A DNA stretch of 63,922 nt, the filler included, from Platydemus manokwari (lineage: Eukaryota): the NCBI GenBank assembly GCA_037951405.1. It is 6 parts of 6 records of this genome, joined end to end, with 100 filler letters (N's around TTAATTAATTAA, not from the genome) between each part and the next. Parts side by side here need not be neighbours in the genome. Positions count along the whole stretch, not along the records: positions 45,681 to 55,092 come from JBBMOY011252874.1; positions 55,193 to 63,922 come from JBBMOY011358538.1; 4 more parts are not named here. One strand, written 5' to 3'. Positions 52,382-63,922 of the stretch are shown piece after piece. Under the pieces are notes generated by a model, which saw only the letters and a program-made list of their open reading frames with translations, did no database searches and was not told the DNA's origin. The position numbers and the translations under genes are program-made. Every line of letters begins with the position of its first letter. Positions within the stretch are counted from its first letter, which is position 1.

Positions 52382-55083
52382 TTAAAAATTGTCTCGCTTT
52401 GAATAAAAATTATCGACGAGCTTGCGTATTTTGTGAGCTAAAGAATCACTGATTAAAGTTATCTCAAATCCAATTGATTCATCATAGTAGGTGAAGCCGC
52501 ATTCGAGATTACAGAAAGACATGCATATCAAGTTATGCAACGCTTTGTAAAAATATTCATCCTCGATATTCGCTATTTCTTCCTTGAGACGAATTCGTTC
52601 TTTCAAAGTAACTTTCATGGCTGAGTCTTTGTTGGAATTCATAGGATCTGTTAAATGTGGATAATTATCTGGTTTATTATCGGTCGAATGGTTGTCAAGT
52701 GGCGACGGTGGTCTCAATGATGATAAAATGAGGGAATTTGTTGGTTTGTCATTATTTACATGAGTTTGTAGGGGAGATTTAGTAACTGATTGATTATTGT
52801 TTGATGGACCCTCACCATATGGTATAAATACAGGGGAATTTAAAATATCCATCGATGACTCATTATTTCTACAATTTCCTACCAAAGAAACACTTGTTAT
52901 TGGTTCATTATTGACTGTGGACTCATTATAAGGTACAAATACCGGAGAACTCAAAATATCAGTATGTCTGTTGGTATTGTATTTGTGAGGAGACGGTAAA
53001 GATGGCGGGGTTATATGGCGAGAAATGAAAGTCGAATTTACAGACGGTTCTATTTCAAGAGATTTCAACGACGTAGAACTCACAGTTGGATAATCTTTTT
53101 CCGTATAAGTTTTACGAGAAGATTTTTTCGGACTTTCAGAATTTTCTTTGTTTTTCGGAATATCTGTATGTGAACGGCGATCCAAACGATTGTTGGTTTC
53201 TTGACGAACAATTTCATTTTTCGATTTCATCAGATCAATATGTGATGTTTGGATTGATTTCTGATGATCGATATTGGAATTATTGAAATGATCACGATTA
53301 TATTTATCATTAATCGATGACATATTGTGCATCAATTCCATCGATAAACCATCTCTCGACGATTTCATTTTCATTTCATCATCCGATTCAAACATAAAAT
53401 CAGCTTTTCGTGATAAATTTGTTTTCGATTTCAAAGCCATCAGATTGGCATTATTATTGTTGTTGTCGTTATTTTGATTATCTTGTTCATCGATTTTTTT
53501 CTGTTCATCATCTGAACTGATATCCATCTCATCGTCATCATCACCATGATTATCACCTTCACCATTTTCATTATTATTATTGATTGGTTTCCATGGTAAC
53601 ATTTCATTCAATTTTGAAGTACTGCTATTGGTCAGATTATATTTTTCATTTAAATAATTATTCTGATCTTTAACAACATCAGGAATCTTGTTATCATCGA
53701 TTTTATCTGAAACAATCGATGATTGTATGATGCCTGAAGTAATTTTCTGTGTGACAAAATTGGTTTTATTGGATTTATCAACATTATTATTAATGGAATT
53801 ATTATTAATCGATTGTTGTTGAGATGACAATAAGCGAGCTTTTCCATCGATATTAGTTTCAATATTATTGATTTCTTTCTTTTCCAATTGTTTGACTTTT
53901 TTATATTCCTTATAAGAAATCGGTTTCGAATCATTTTCGATTTTATTTCTTTCTCTTGATTCTCGATCGGATCGTTTATTATTATTATTATTACTAGTGT
54001 TCATTATTTTATCTCGTTGTTTATTTCTCACCGGTGAATCCGATCTCTTGCGTCTTCTCGAATCGCTTCTGCTTCGACTTCGTTTACGTTGATATGATTT
54101 GCGATCATTTTTCCGATGATAATCATTGGTTTTATAAGGATCACTATTGGAATTCGATATTTCATTTTTATCTCGATTTTTATTTTTGTCCACATCTTCG
54201 ATTTTCTTATCGATGGGTTGCGGTGTTTTCTTGGCGATTTTAAGGTTTTGTAGAAATTCACGATGATTATTATTGTTACTGCTGTTGTTATTAGTAACAC
54301 TGTTATTATTATCGGATTTTACCATTTTCCCTACATCAATATCATCAAATATTGCTCGATCCACCAGAGATGTGTTCGTCAAAACATTCGGTTTAGCAAG
54401 AGTTATTTTCACCATTGGTTTATTGAAATTGATTGATCTATCAGAATAATTTTCGTTCTCTTCAATCAGACTGTTGTCAGTGAATCCTGATCGTTTCGGT
54501 GGTTCAGTTTCCAAGGTAGATGAAATTTCATTGGCACAATCGTTACCATTGGCAACCGCCAAAGGATTTCCGGACGATTTGATTGGTGGATACTTGGTAT
54601 CATTTTGTTGTATTGGCAAGTGATTGGTATTGAATAATTTCATTTGATCACGATGAGATGGGCTACAAATGACCGGTGAGACATTTCTCTTACCCGATAG
54701 TGTCATGGTTTCTCTTTTATTATCTGATTCCGGTTTGAAGCTTTTGCGAATTTGGAAATCTTTATCAATATTAATATTAGATGGATTTGATGAACATTTC
54801 GATGAAGATATTTTATATTTTTGATCTAATATATTAGATTGATGGTTGTGATCATTATCATGAATGATATTGCTATTATTATCGATATTACTCGATCTAT
54901 TTTTCAATGCTTTCGTCTCTTCTTTATTTATTTTCTTTTCGCTTTCTCTTTGAAGATCTTGTACTGATTTTGTATTTATTTTTGCCGTTAAATATTCTCC
55001 TCCTCCTCCTCCACCTCCTTCAATCGGAACTGCTTTTTTCTTGATTTTTAAATCAAATATTGTTTTATTTACTCCACTATTCA
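52382..55083 (-). CDS. Large terminal exon (about 900 codons) of an N/S/K/D-rich protein with an RS patch and a C-terminal ET/AHD-like domain (AF9/ENL-, Taf14- or BET-like); 5' part missing at the gap
   Basis: 2.7-kb open frame ending TAA. The track's GTG start overlaps a probable acceptor TTCAG| 9 nt from the gap. The C-terminus TLKERIRLKEEIANIEDEYFYKALHNLI...ESIGFEITLISDSLAHKIRKLVDNF follows the ET/AHD hydrophobic pattern. Confidence 0.8.
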
Positions 55084-55092
55084 CTGAACAAT

Positions 55093-55192
55093 NNNNNNNN
55101 NNNNNNNNNNNNNNNNNNNNNNNNNNNNNNNNNNNNTTAATTAATTAANNNNNNNNNNNNNNNNNNNNNNNNNNNNNNNNNNNNNNNNNNNN
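55093..55192. other. Assembly gap linker
   Basis: N44-TTAATTAATTAA-N44. Confidence 0.98.
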
Positions 55193-55265
55193 AATTTTGT
55201 TTTGTTTGTGTTTTGTTTTTTTTTGTTTAGCGAAAAAACCGGAAAGGAATTACCGACACACCTGG
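55193..55265 (+). mobile_element. Second copy of the mariner right end
   Basis: Identical to 36262-36335 except within the poly-T tract; followed by TA and then a different flank. Confidence 0.92.
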
Positions 55266-56146
55266 TATACTTACGCTGTCATACAAGCGTGATAACAGAC
55301 CAATTAGAATCGCTAAAGAACTAAGATTTAAACTTGAACCACTAAATGAATACAGAGTGACACTGACATAGAAATTGATTGATCACAATCGTTATAAATT
55401 GATAGCTTCAATTAAAATCTTAAAAATCTGACCATCTAGTAGATGAACACAAGAAGATGAACAAACTTTAAACGTTGAGTGTCGTTATTTTTGCTTGTAA
55501 TTTCAATTCTTGCTTTTGATTTTCATTTTTATAATAGTATTACTATATATAATCATATTTTTCATTAAATTTTTCTTTTCAATATTAAATGTCGCTGAAT
55601 ATGCTCCTAAACGAGTATTCCGGTTGAGCAGAACTATTTTATTTTCAAATTTTTATGATCGAATTAATTTCTTTTGATTTTTAATCACAACTAATAAATA
55701 ACAAACTACTTTTCGTATTTTTGTATGAACTGCTAGTTTGATTTGAACAATAAGCATTCCAAGATTTTTTAGATCTTATCAGAATATGTTGTCTAAATAA
55801 ACTTCGATGGATTTATACACAATAAGTTTCCGGAATATAATTCAATAAGATTTCCAGTTTAAAATTCTAATGTTACCTTTCCAAGAGGCTTCTAATATTT
55901 CCATCGCGACTAAGCATCCGAATCTCATGACAGCAATACGTTTCATTATATCCTAAGTTATTTAATTTATATTATAATCCCGCCATTAGTTTTATACATT
56001 ACGTTAAACAACGTACATTTTTTGCTTCAATTTCAGTTTGAAAACTTTTCAATATTATCGCAATATTCAATCCTGAAACTTATACATAATTTATTTTATC
56101 TGATAAGGAGGTTTTTCATTTATAAGTGTATAATGCCATTTTAATG

Positions 56147-56211
56147 TAATAATAATAATAATAATAATAATATTAATAATAACAATAATAATAATAATCA
56201 TTATTATTATT
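56147..56211. repeat. Imperfect (AAT)n microsatellite
   Basis: taataataataat...aataacaataataataataatcattattattatt. Confidence 0.85.
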
Positions 56212-57499
56212 GTCATTTATAATTCATTTATAAGCGTAAATAGGTCATCGCAATTAATTTTCCCGTAATTTAAATCTCGTAATCGTTTCATTTCTGTTAT
56301 TTTTTTTAAAATAGTTTTTATCTCATTCAATTCATTGAAAAGACAGAGTGGTTGCGTAAACAATTTGTGTTAATACGATTAATTTTCTTTTTCCAAAAGT
56401 TTTATTACAGAATATTCGAAATTTGCCACTTACATGTCAGAACATGTCATAATATTTCATTGATTGTCTGGATTAGAACTAAAATTTTTATCATTTGTGA
56501 TTCAAGATGTGCTAAATTACACTTTTCTGTTATTTATTAATTAAGATTTTATAGCACTTTTTTCTTCGTATTGATGGCTAATTATAGAAAATCATTAATA
56601 AACGAAGCATCAAAAATTAATTATTTTTCTTATTTTAGCAGTTTTTTTCAACCATTATTCAAAATACTTATGATTCTCCTTCTCACTCTTCATAAATTTC
56701 TAAAGGTTCTCCAACTACAGCAAATTCTCGAATTATAAACCCATTTTTACTGTCAGTTTAATGATCACATTGGTTTTTAGTTATTTTGTTTGAAAAGCTA
56801 CTTTACATTTTCAGTATTTGCTATAGTGGTCTAGGAATTGCTGTTATCATGATTACTGACGTGTCTCCATTTACAACAATATTAAACTAATATTCTTTTT
56901 TAACAATGCACTCCAATAAAAATCAATTCTTTATATGAAAAGTAAAGTTCATTATCACCGCAAGTTTCAATAGAATGAGCATATGAGGATTCAGTTATGT
57001 ACATAAATAAATATTTTTTTCCTATCTGTGAATTAGCAATTGTACGTAGATAAGGTTTTAACCTGATCTCCAATGCCAACTATCATTATCATCATTATGA
57101 AAATTAAACTTTTACTCATTAATTTAAGAATAATTTTCCAACTTTACCGCTTTATTAGTATGATTTGATTTTGTTTTTGTGATATATATTTTATTTTTAT
57201 AATTAATTAATTCGATTTCACTTTTCCTGTAATAGCAACATCATTTAAAATATCATTATTTTGATGGAATGGTGTGCAGAATACTGCTCCTTGATTTCAT
57301 ATAATTTATCATTATCCTTAGATTTTAATGAATTATTTTTCTATTGTTTTTTCATTACACCTATACCTCTTTTTATCATAATTAACTTCAATATCGAATT
57401 TATTTACCTTGCCAGCAATACATTCATTGTCCATTCAAAAGAAATTCATAATCATCTAAATTTTGACTACATTATGCAAAAATAATGACACCTTTTCCA

Positions 57500-58664
57500 G
57501 TTTTTTTAAAATTTTTGTACATCATTATTCTTTAAAATTCAACATTTAAACTTCCAATTTATTCTAGACGACCGTAAATTTAAACCTTTCTTTTTTCACA
57601 TTTTCCGCACACCTTGAAAACATTTCAGGAATGAGATTATATAGGTAAATATTTTCTTATAAGAGGTACTAACGAAATTGCTTATTCTCTGAAATTTTGA
57701 AATTTCGATAAATTTTACTTAACAATTTCCAAATTTTTCACAATTTCACCGATATTCAACGAATTCTTTATCTGAAACATGATCTTGTGACTGTTACATT
57801 AGTATAGGTAATGGGTTGACGAACAATAGATGTCAAATACATCTCTACTCTAATCGCTTTTTAAGAGATTTAGTTGGGAAAATTTGCTAGACTGAATGTG
57901 ACAAAGATGTGATGATGGACTTCATTCAAGAATTGGTCTTCAACGACTTTGTAAATTTAGCTTCAACTGTTTGAATTCCCGAAACAATTTTCCATCTGAT
58001 TATGCACTCAACCCGTCCTTTAATCAATTTTTCAGATATGACAAACATTATGGCCATCCGCTTGATTATGTTTCTTTGCTTGATTTGATTGTAATCTTCC
58101 CTCACTGTGTATTTCAAGCAAAGAGGCATTTGTTTGATCATCGTCCTTTCCAACATCCATAAGGAATGGCATACATTTAATAGTCAGGTATGAAATCTCT
58201 CCCTTATGGAAACTCTCGAAGTTAGCTGTAGGAACCAATCTGCTGGGATGCTGAATCATTTGCGTTTCTTGAGTGCCTTGGTTATCTGGATCATGGTTTT
58301 CTATAAATAAAACCGATGCAGGAACTTAAACAATTATTCACTCCGAATAAAATACATTTTACTGAAACTGCTTGACTGATTTGGGTTTGTGTGTGTTGCT
58401 TGTATTTATCTTTTATTTGATGGTCTGATTTTCAAGATTCAAATTAGAGATATCGATTTATAACATCAATGATTGTCAAATCCATATGTCTGTGTCGTTC
58501 CGTAGTCATGTATTTTCTGAAGTTAAAATCCAAGCTCTATATCAATTTTGATTGGTCGGTTATCGCGTTTGTATAGGCATGTATGTAAGTGAAATATCGA
58601 CACAGAGATTATAAGGTGTCAAGAGTTGTTATTTTTATGGAAATCTTCAATATTCAACACAACA
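57500..58664 (-). mobile_element. Possible LTR plus decayed gag-like sequence
   Basis: Ends CAACACAACA at 58664 with a terminal block resembling the 34284-34705 LTR; broken minus-strand reading frames lie next to it. Weak support. Confidence 0.3.
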
Positions 58665-59186
58665 TATTACATAAATGCTCAATAGTACAATTGATCACTA
58701 AACTAGTATACTAGAGTATCACCATTAAATTGCTATAGAACTAGAATTCATCATAATTCTAGCATTAACAATATTTTTAGAATCTTGTAATTGATTTTCT
58801 TTATTAAGTTATTCGCAATAAAAATTAACACACTAAATTTTTCAAAATAAAAAAACATTATCGTTAAAAAGTTGTAATTAAGAAATGTAAATGGATATTT
58901 TTTTAATTCTTTTTGTAATCAATTTGCACTAGTAAATGGGTCTAATTTAGTAATAAAGCAAATGCATTTGCAAATGTATTTTAATTTACTATTCATTCAG
59001 TGATACAATTTCACTTTACATTTTCTGACAAAAAGACTAACTTTTTTATCTAATCAATTACAATGGAACCTCTATATGGTTCTACGGGCAAATAATGATA
59101 TAATATTATCTACTTGTAATCGAAATTAAATGTAGATATTATTATTTTATCCAATATCAATCAATACACTGTTATAAACATTTTTA

Positions 59187-61331
59187 ATGGAAAGTCAAAA
59201 AAAATTATTGTTTGATATCTCACAACATAAGCATAAAACCGCATATGGCACCGATATTTTGATGGAATTAGTACACATATTTCGAATTAAAAATCTATTT
59301 CTTTATGCCTACAAATTACTTCAGCAATACGAAAGATTGACTGAACATGCCTGTGCTCAAATAAACAAGTCTGTTTTGAATAAACAGCTTACTGCTCAAG
59401 AAAGAGAGCTTAATCATATAGAATTGGAAATAAATTTTGCTAAAAAATCTATTGAAGTAATCGAATCGGTGATTGAAGATCTCAGAAAAATACTTCTCTC
59501 GTTTGAAAATCATTTCTTGCCTTCTGGACTTTCAAAAGGTACAAGTATTTGCAATTTGGGTACATTTCTAGAACCTAATATTTTTGTTAGTTGTGAAGAT
59601 ATATTTTTCAAAAATGCTGAATCGAAACTCAACAACGAACCTACCAATTTGTTGCCTCAAAGACAACCTATTGAATTTTATCAGGATTTAATGCATTTGC
59701 AAATGCATTTTGATTTATTATTAGTTCAAGGCTGTAACCATGCTCTACCTCTGCTGACAAAAAGATTGAGTTTTTTTTATCGGATAATATATTGGCCGAT
59801 GAAACCGTTGTATGGTTTCATTGGCAAAACACATAATTTGAAGGATAAGCTCATAAAAATTAAATTACTCATAACCATGCGGCTGGAAGAATTAATAAAT
59901 TCGATTGGTGAAGTAGAGAAATGGGTTTTATTTTATCAAAATAGCCATTTCGTGTACAATACTCTAATGAAAGCCGCATGTGAAAGGAAGCGGGAAATGT
60001 TATTTGAATTAAATGTCTTGAAATTAAAACAAAACAATTTAAGATTAGATCACAGCCGAATTGTTGGAGCTATATTGAAAATTAATCCTGATTATTTCCA
60101 AGAAAATGAAGACCAATTAGACATCAGTGAAAAGAAACCTGAGAACCCTACCATTAATTTCGGAGGCACTACTTCATCATCTTTCAGTGCCTTCTCTATG
60201 GATTCACCCGTATTTTCGTCTACTAATACAAATAGAGGAAGCTTAGATAATAGTTTAGATAAAAAGGAGATTTTGAACTTAAATCTTTTACCACCGATAG
60301 ACAAAGAAAATATATCGAAAAAGACACCTAGTCGAGATAAACAAAGAAAAACCACATCCAATAAATCTTCTAGTTCTACGTCTCAAGACAAACCATCCAA
60401 AACTAAAGTCATTCCATCAGTTCATGAAAATGAAATGACTCCAAACAAAATAAATGAATTAATAATAACAACGGAAGCGCCCCCAATGACCAATTTCTTA
60501 AACAGTTTGCCAAAAACAGAATCTAAACCCCAAGACAGTTCGTTAAATAAGCCCAAAAGCTTAATGAAAAAATTACCCACAAGATCTTCAACTGGATCTT
60601 TGATAATACCGGCAGTAGGAAAATCAATTCCACGAATAGATCATATTTGTTCTACACCAGATGATGCTCTTCATTGTCAATGTGTTTACGAACTTCCACC
60701 AGTCGAAGAAATAAGACGATCACTTTTAGGTAATTTAAATATGCCAAAAAATCATAACAATAGCTTTATTTATTCTTTGTTGGAAAAATTATCCCTAAAC
60801 AATGAAAAGTCTAACAATAATACAACAAAACTTAAAATTAATAATTTATGCGAACACATAAAATTTCATCCAAAATTCCTAAAAATCGATCAGGATATAA
60901 AAGAAAATTTAACTTTACTAAATCAAATCTCAAATGAAAATAACAATAATAAACAAAACAAACAGACATTATATGCCAACAATTCTTTTGTTTGGAATAC
61001 TTTATCGACTACCTCTTATAACAAAAAATCAGCACAGTCTTTAAGTTTGGAAGAAAATAAATATCTAGATTACTATGATATACTTAACATGTTCCTTGAA
61101 TCTTGTGGGTTAGATACAACTAAATACGAGGAAGCCGATGCTCTCAATCGATCTATAAGTAATAATTTTATGAACAATATTTTCGATTCTCTAAATTGGG
61201 AACAAAAAATTCTTTCCAAAAGTTATACTATGAATTCTTTGAATTATCATAATAAAATCAGCCCAATTATTTCCGATGGAGAAGCTAAGTTAATAGAATC
61301 ATTGAAATTATATTCAAAATATTTGAATTGA
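59187..61331 (+). CDS. Intronless 714-aa hypothetical protein (helical/coiled-coil N-half, S/K/P/N-rich linker, helical C-terminus)
   Basis: 2145-nt ATG..TGA ORF with AATAAA about 20 nt downstream; no domain recognised. Confidence 0.85.
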   Translation: MESQKKLLFDISQHKHKTAYGTDILMELVHIFRIKNLFLYAYKLLQQYERLTEHACAQINKSVLNKQLTAQERELNHIELEINFAKKSIEVIESVIEDLRKILLSFENHFLPSGLSKGTSICNLGTFLEPNIFVSCEDIFFKNAESKLNNEPTNLLPQRQPIEFYQDLMHLQMHFDLLLVQGCNHALPLLTKRLSFFYRIIYWPMKPLYGFIGKTHNLKDKLIKIKLLITMRLEELINSIGEVEKWVLFYQNSHFVYNTLMKAACERKREMLFELNVLKLKQNNLRLDHSRIVGAILKINPDYFQENEDQLDISEKKPENPTINFGGTTSSSFSAFSMDSPVFSSTNTNRGSLDNSLDKKEILNLNLLPPIDKENISKKTPSRDKQRKTTSNKSSSSTSQDKPSKTKVIPSVHENEMTPNKINELIITTEAPPMTNFLNSLPKTESKPQDSSLNKPKSLMKKLPTRSSTGSLIIPAVGKSIPRIDHICSTPDDALHCQCVYELPPVEEIRRSLLGNLNMPKNHNNSFIYSLLEKLSLNNEKSNNNTTKLKINNLCEHIKFHPKFLKIDQDIKENLTLLNQISNENNNNKQNKQTLYANNSFVWNTLSTTSYNKKSAQSLSLEENKYLDYYDILNMFLESCGLDTTKYEEADALNRSISNNFMNNIFDSLNWEQKILSKSYTMNSLNYHNKISPIISDGEAKLIESLKLYSKYLN

Positions 61332-62044
61332 CTGTTTAATTGATGAAAAAATAAATTTATTAACTCCTTGTTTAATTTATTATTGTTCTAAGATTAAAAT
61401 TTTAAGTTGTTTCTAATTCAAAAAATAATGGTCATAGATGTAAGAAATCCAAGTACTTAGATAACTCGGGTAGAAAGTATTATACGACATAAACAACTCA
61501 AACCAACACTTATGGACATCTATATAAAATCTACATAATATCTGCAATATATAACCTAGCATTTTACATAAAAATTTTCCTCTATATTGGTATTATCAAA
61601 GAAACAATCTTTATCTAGATGACACAAATTTTAATTAAAATTTTAGTCAACAAATTCTTATTTACATTATGACATGATGAGTTTATTCAAATTATATTAT
61701 CTTTAATAACAAGTTCATATTCTGACTACAATTAATTTAGAACTTAAGCTTTATTTCATTTTACATTCTGATTGATATATAATTCTTTCAATTCGGTAGG
61801 AGTATGAGGAAAAAATACACACACATACATATATAAAGAGAGAGTTGATTAAAATAACCAGTAGTGTTTAGTTTAGTTGAATTAGCAAAATAACATTTGT
61901 TTATATCCTAAAATCTTGTTTACGCCGATCGTATATTAATATATGCATACAAAACCTTACAAGCACTTATAAGAACTAATCAAAATAGTAATTAAAATTG
62001 ATAACACATAAGACGATAAAATTACAGTAATTGAAAGATTAAAG

Positions 62045-62231
62045 CAATGATCTCCAAAGTGGGCACTACCGCCCCTGGTGGGGGCTGCAAGGATCCAGAG
62101 GGTAGGTGGTGAATACAACCTCATTTGGGGACGATAATACTATAAGAATGTAGGAAAATGATTATTAAAATTTTGATGAGCACAATGCTACAAAATTAAT
62201 AGCAGCACACCAAATTAATCCTTCTCATTAA
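62045..62231 (+). mobile_element. Internally deleted Buster/Charlie hAT fragment
   Basis: Left-end-like CAATGATCTCCAAAGTGGGC..ACCGCCCC preceded by GATTAAAG, then IAAHQINPSH* (Buster transposase C-terminal HQ..PSH). Right TIR not found. Confidence 0.55.
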
Positions 62232-62460
62232 CATAATTTCGAGTTTTAGTATTAAAATCTATTCTAACTGCAATAAATATGTTCTTACTTTCAAAATGCA
62301 TTGTTTCTATTTCACATGTTTGTTATTTCACATGATACAATTAATAGAATACAACAAGTCTCAAATTAAATTGAGGTACAATTCAGTAAAATAAAAATGG
62401 TTAAGTAAAAATTATTTCTGACAAACAGTCAGGTTGAATGATTTGCTTTAATTATAAATA

Positions 62461-63671
62461 TGTTATATGATTCTATATTTATATCAACTTTATCAGTATT
62501 TATAAATAATGACACAGTAATCACTGCAATTTTGGTACTGAATTTAATATGAACTTAACTTTTAGTTAAGTTAGATAAAAATAAGATTTGTTTTAATAAA
62601 AAAAACAAACGGTGTAATTTTGAATTAAAATAAAATATTGATGCAAACGAATTATCTTATTACTGGCGACCACGCTGAAATTAACTCTCTGACTTAAGAG
62701 GCAGAAAATTTTTGCAAATCTGCTACAAAAAACTCAGGAACTATTAATTCCGAAACCATCATTCTTCGATTTATCAATCCAAGACGCTGAGAAATGGTTC
62801 CAAACAACCAAAGATTTCGCGACTTTTAATCAAATGGAACTGTCATTTGCATTTGACATGCTTTTGAGAGATGACTCCAAACAGCTGTGGAAAGAATGCA
62901 GCAGTTTCAAAGAGGCTGTTTCAAATGAAGAAATCGAGAAATGGTTTTTAGAAACATTTTCACATTCCAAAACAGTTTATGACATGGTTCAGGATTTGGC
63001 GCCAATGCAACAAAGACCAGTTGAAAAATATCGCATTTATGAACTTCGAGTAAAGAAGCTAGTTTTGGAGGTGTTTGACTAGAAAAACACTCTCGAAGAA
63101 ATTTCATGACTATTTATTCTGCAAGGTCTAAATAGCAAGAATTTGAAAGAGTCATTTACTCTCGACCCTGCAATGTCCGACGATAGAAGAAGAGAGCAAG
63201 CTGTCAATTTTGAAAAGCTAACTCCGACGAAGTCCATAAACGCCATAAAGAAGACATATACTCAATCGATATTTTAAAGTGACCCAAGAAGACCTTTCAG
63301 AAGGATATTTCATTCAAAACGCCAAGTCCAATCGTGCAGGAAAGGGATTTTGATGTAAAGGTTCATCATTAGCACCAGTTAATCGCATTGAATCTCAAAA
63401 CAATGAGAGACCAACAAGATCAATGAAAGCTATTGCCTGTAATTTTTAAAACGATTGTAGAGGAAGACCGACTCTACATGGTGATTATTTGATACCAAAT
63501 TTACTTGTTTTTGCTGTGATGAGCTTGGACACCGGAAGTTTAAATGTCCACTGTGGAATAAATGTTTGATATGCCGTAAAGAAGGAAGTTTAGAGAATGT
63601 CCTTTAGGCAGAAAGCCTAGTAAGAGTAGTCAGAATAGAATATTGTGCATACATGACGAAGAAGATAAAGC
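62461..63671 (+). mobile_element. Ty3/gypsy 5' part: putative LTR, PBS and gag pseudogene
   Basis: PBS TGGCGACCACG at 62664-62674; gag-like frames (…LLRDDSKQLW…; …FILQGL…); CCHC knuckle CFCCDELGHRKFKC at 63506-63547 and a second degenerate knuckle CLICRKEG. Stops and frameshifts present. The LTR start at 62461 is tentative. Confidence 0.8.
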
Positions 63672-63922
63672 GGTACTTGTTCATTATCCCGACCACACTT
63701 GAATTTATAATAGTAATTTAAATAATCCATATTCATCATTGATTTCTTGATAATGAAAATTTTTGACTTGCCACGCACAGAAGAAGAGGCCGTTGCGTTT
63801 CTCCAAGAGAAGGGTATATTGACGACCGAACGAATCTGTCCGAACAACCACGAAATGAAACTATACTTTGGTCAAGAGATCTTTTGGAAGTGCAGCACTC
63901 GCCCATGCCTCAAGAAGGTCAA
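63672..63922 (+). mobile_element. Merlin (IS1595/IS1016-like) DNA transposon, left end and transposase start; runs off the window
   Basis: Open frame from ATG 63753: MKIFDLPRTEEEAVAFLQEKGILTTERICPNNHEMKLYFGQEIFWKCSTRPCLKKV, the typical Merlin N-terminal C..H..WxC..C zinc ribbon. Candidate TIR starts GGTACTTGTTCATTATCCC at 63672. Confidence 0.85.

Noticed and set aside
53086-60361. Short ORFs overlapping the 900-aa and 714-aa ORFs (53086, 53650, 54028, 54034, 59316, 60092)
   Set aside because: Alternative-frame or antisense by-products of long coding exons, with no independent support.

Overview
AT-rich eukaryotic (most likely fast-evolving animal) genomic scaffold, not prokaryotic; the species cannot be determined from the sequence alone. 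Six contigs are joined by five artificial 100-bp linkers (N44-TTAATTAATTAA-N44). Host genes: a complete 9-exon WDR46/UTP7 gene with 41-82 nt GT-AG introns; the first two exons of an ANKRD27/VARP-like gene; an intronless 551-aa coiled-coil plus TPR protein (kinesin-light-chain-like); the ~900-codon last exon of a low-complexity protein with a C-terminal ET/AHD-like domain; and an intronless 714-aa orphan ORF. Most of the remainder is transposon debris: a full-length Buster-type hAT interrupted by an LTR-like insertion, two hAT MITEs with perfect 8-bp TSDs, a decayed Chapaev3, two near-identical mariner right ends, the start of a Merlin inserted in a Ty3/gypsy gag, several gypsy pol remnants and solo LTRs, plus decayed pseudogene-like stretches. 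I saw no rRNA, tRNA or CRISPR array and no convincing wholly new system. The best leads are the divergent intronless proteins, the incomplete VARP gene, the GC gradient inside WDR46, and the apparently young mariner and Merlin elements. All family assignments come from recalled motifs, not database searches.
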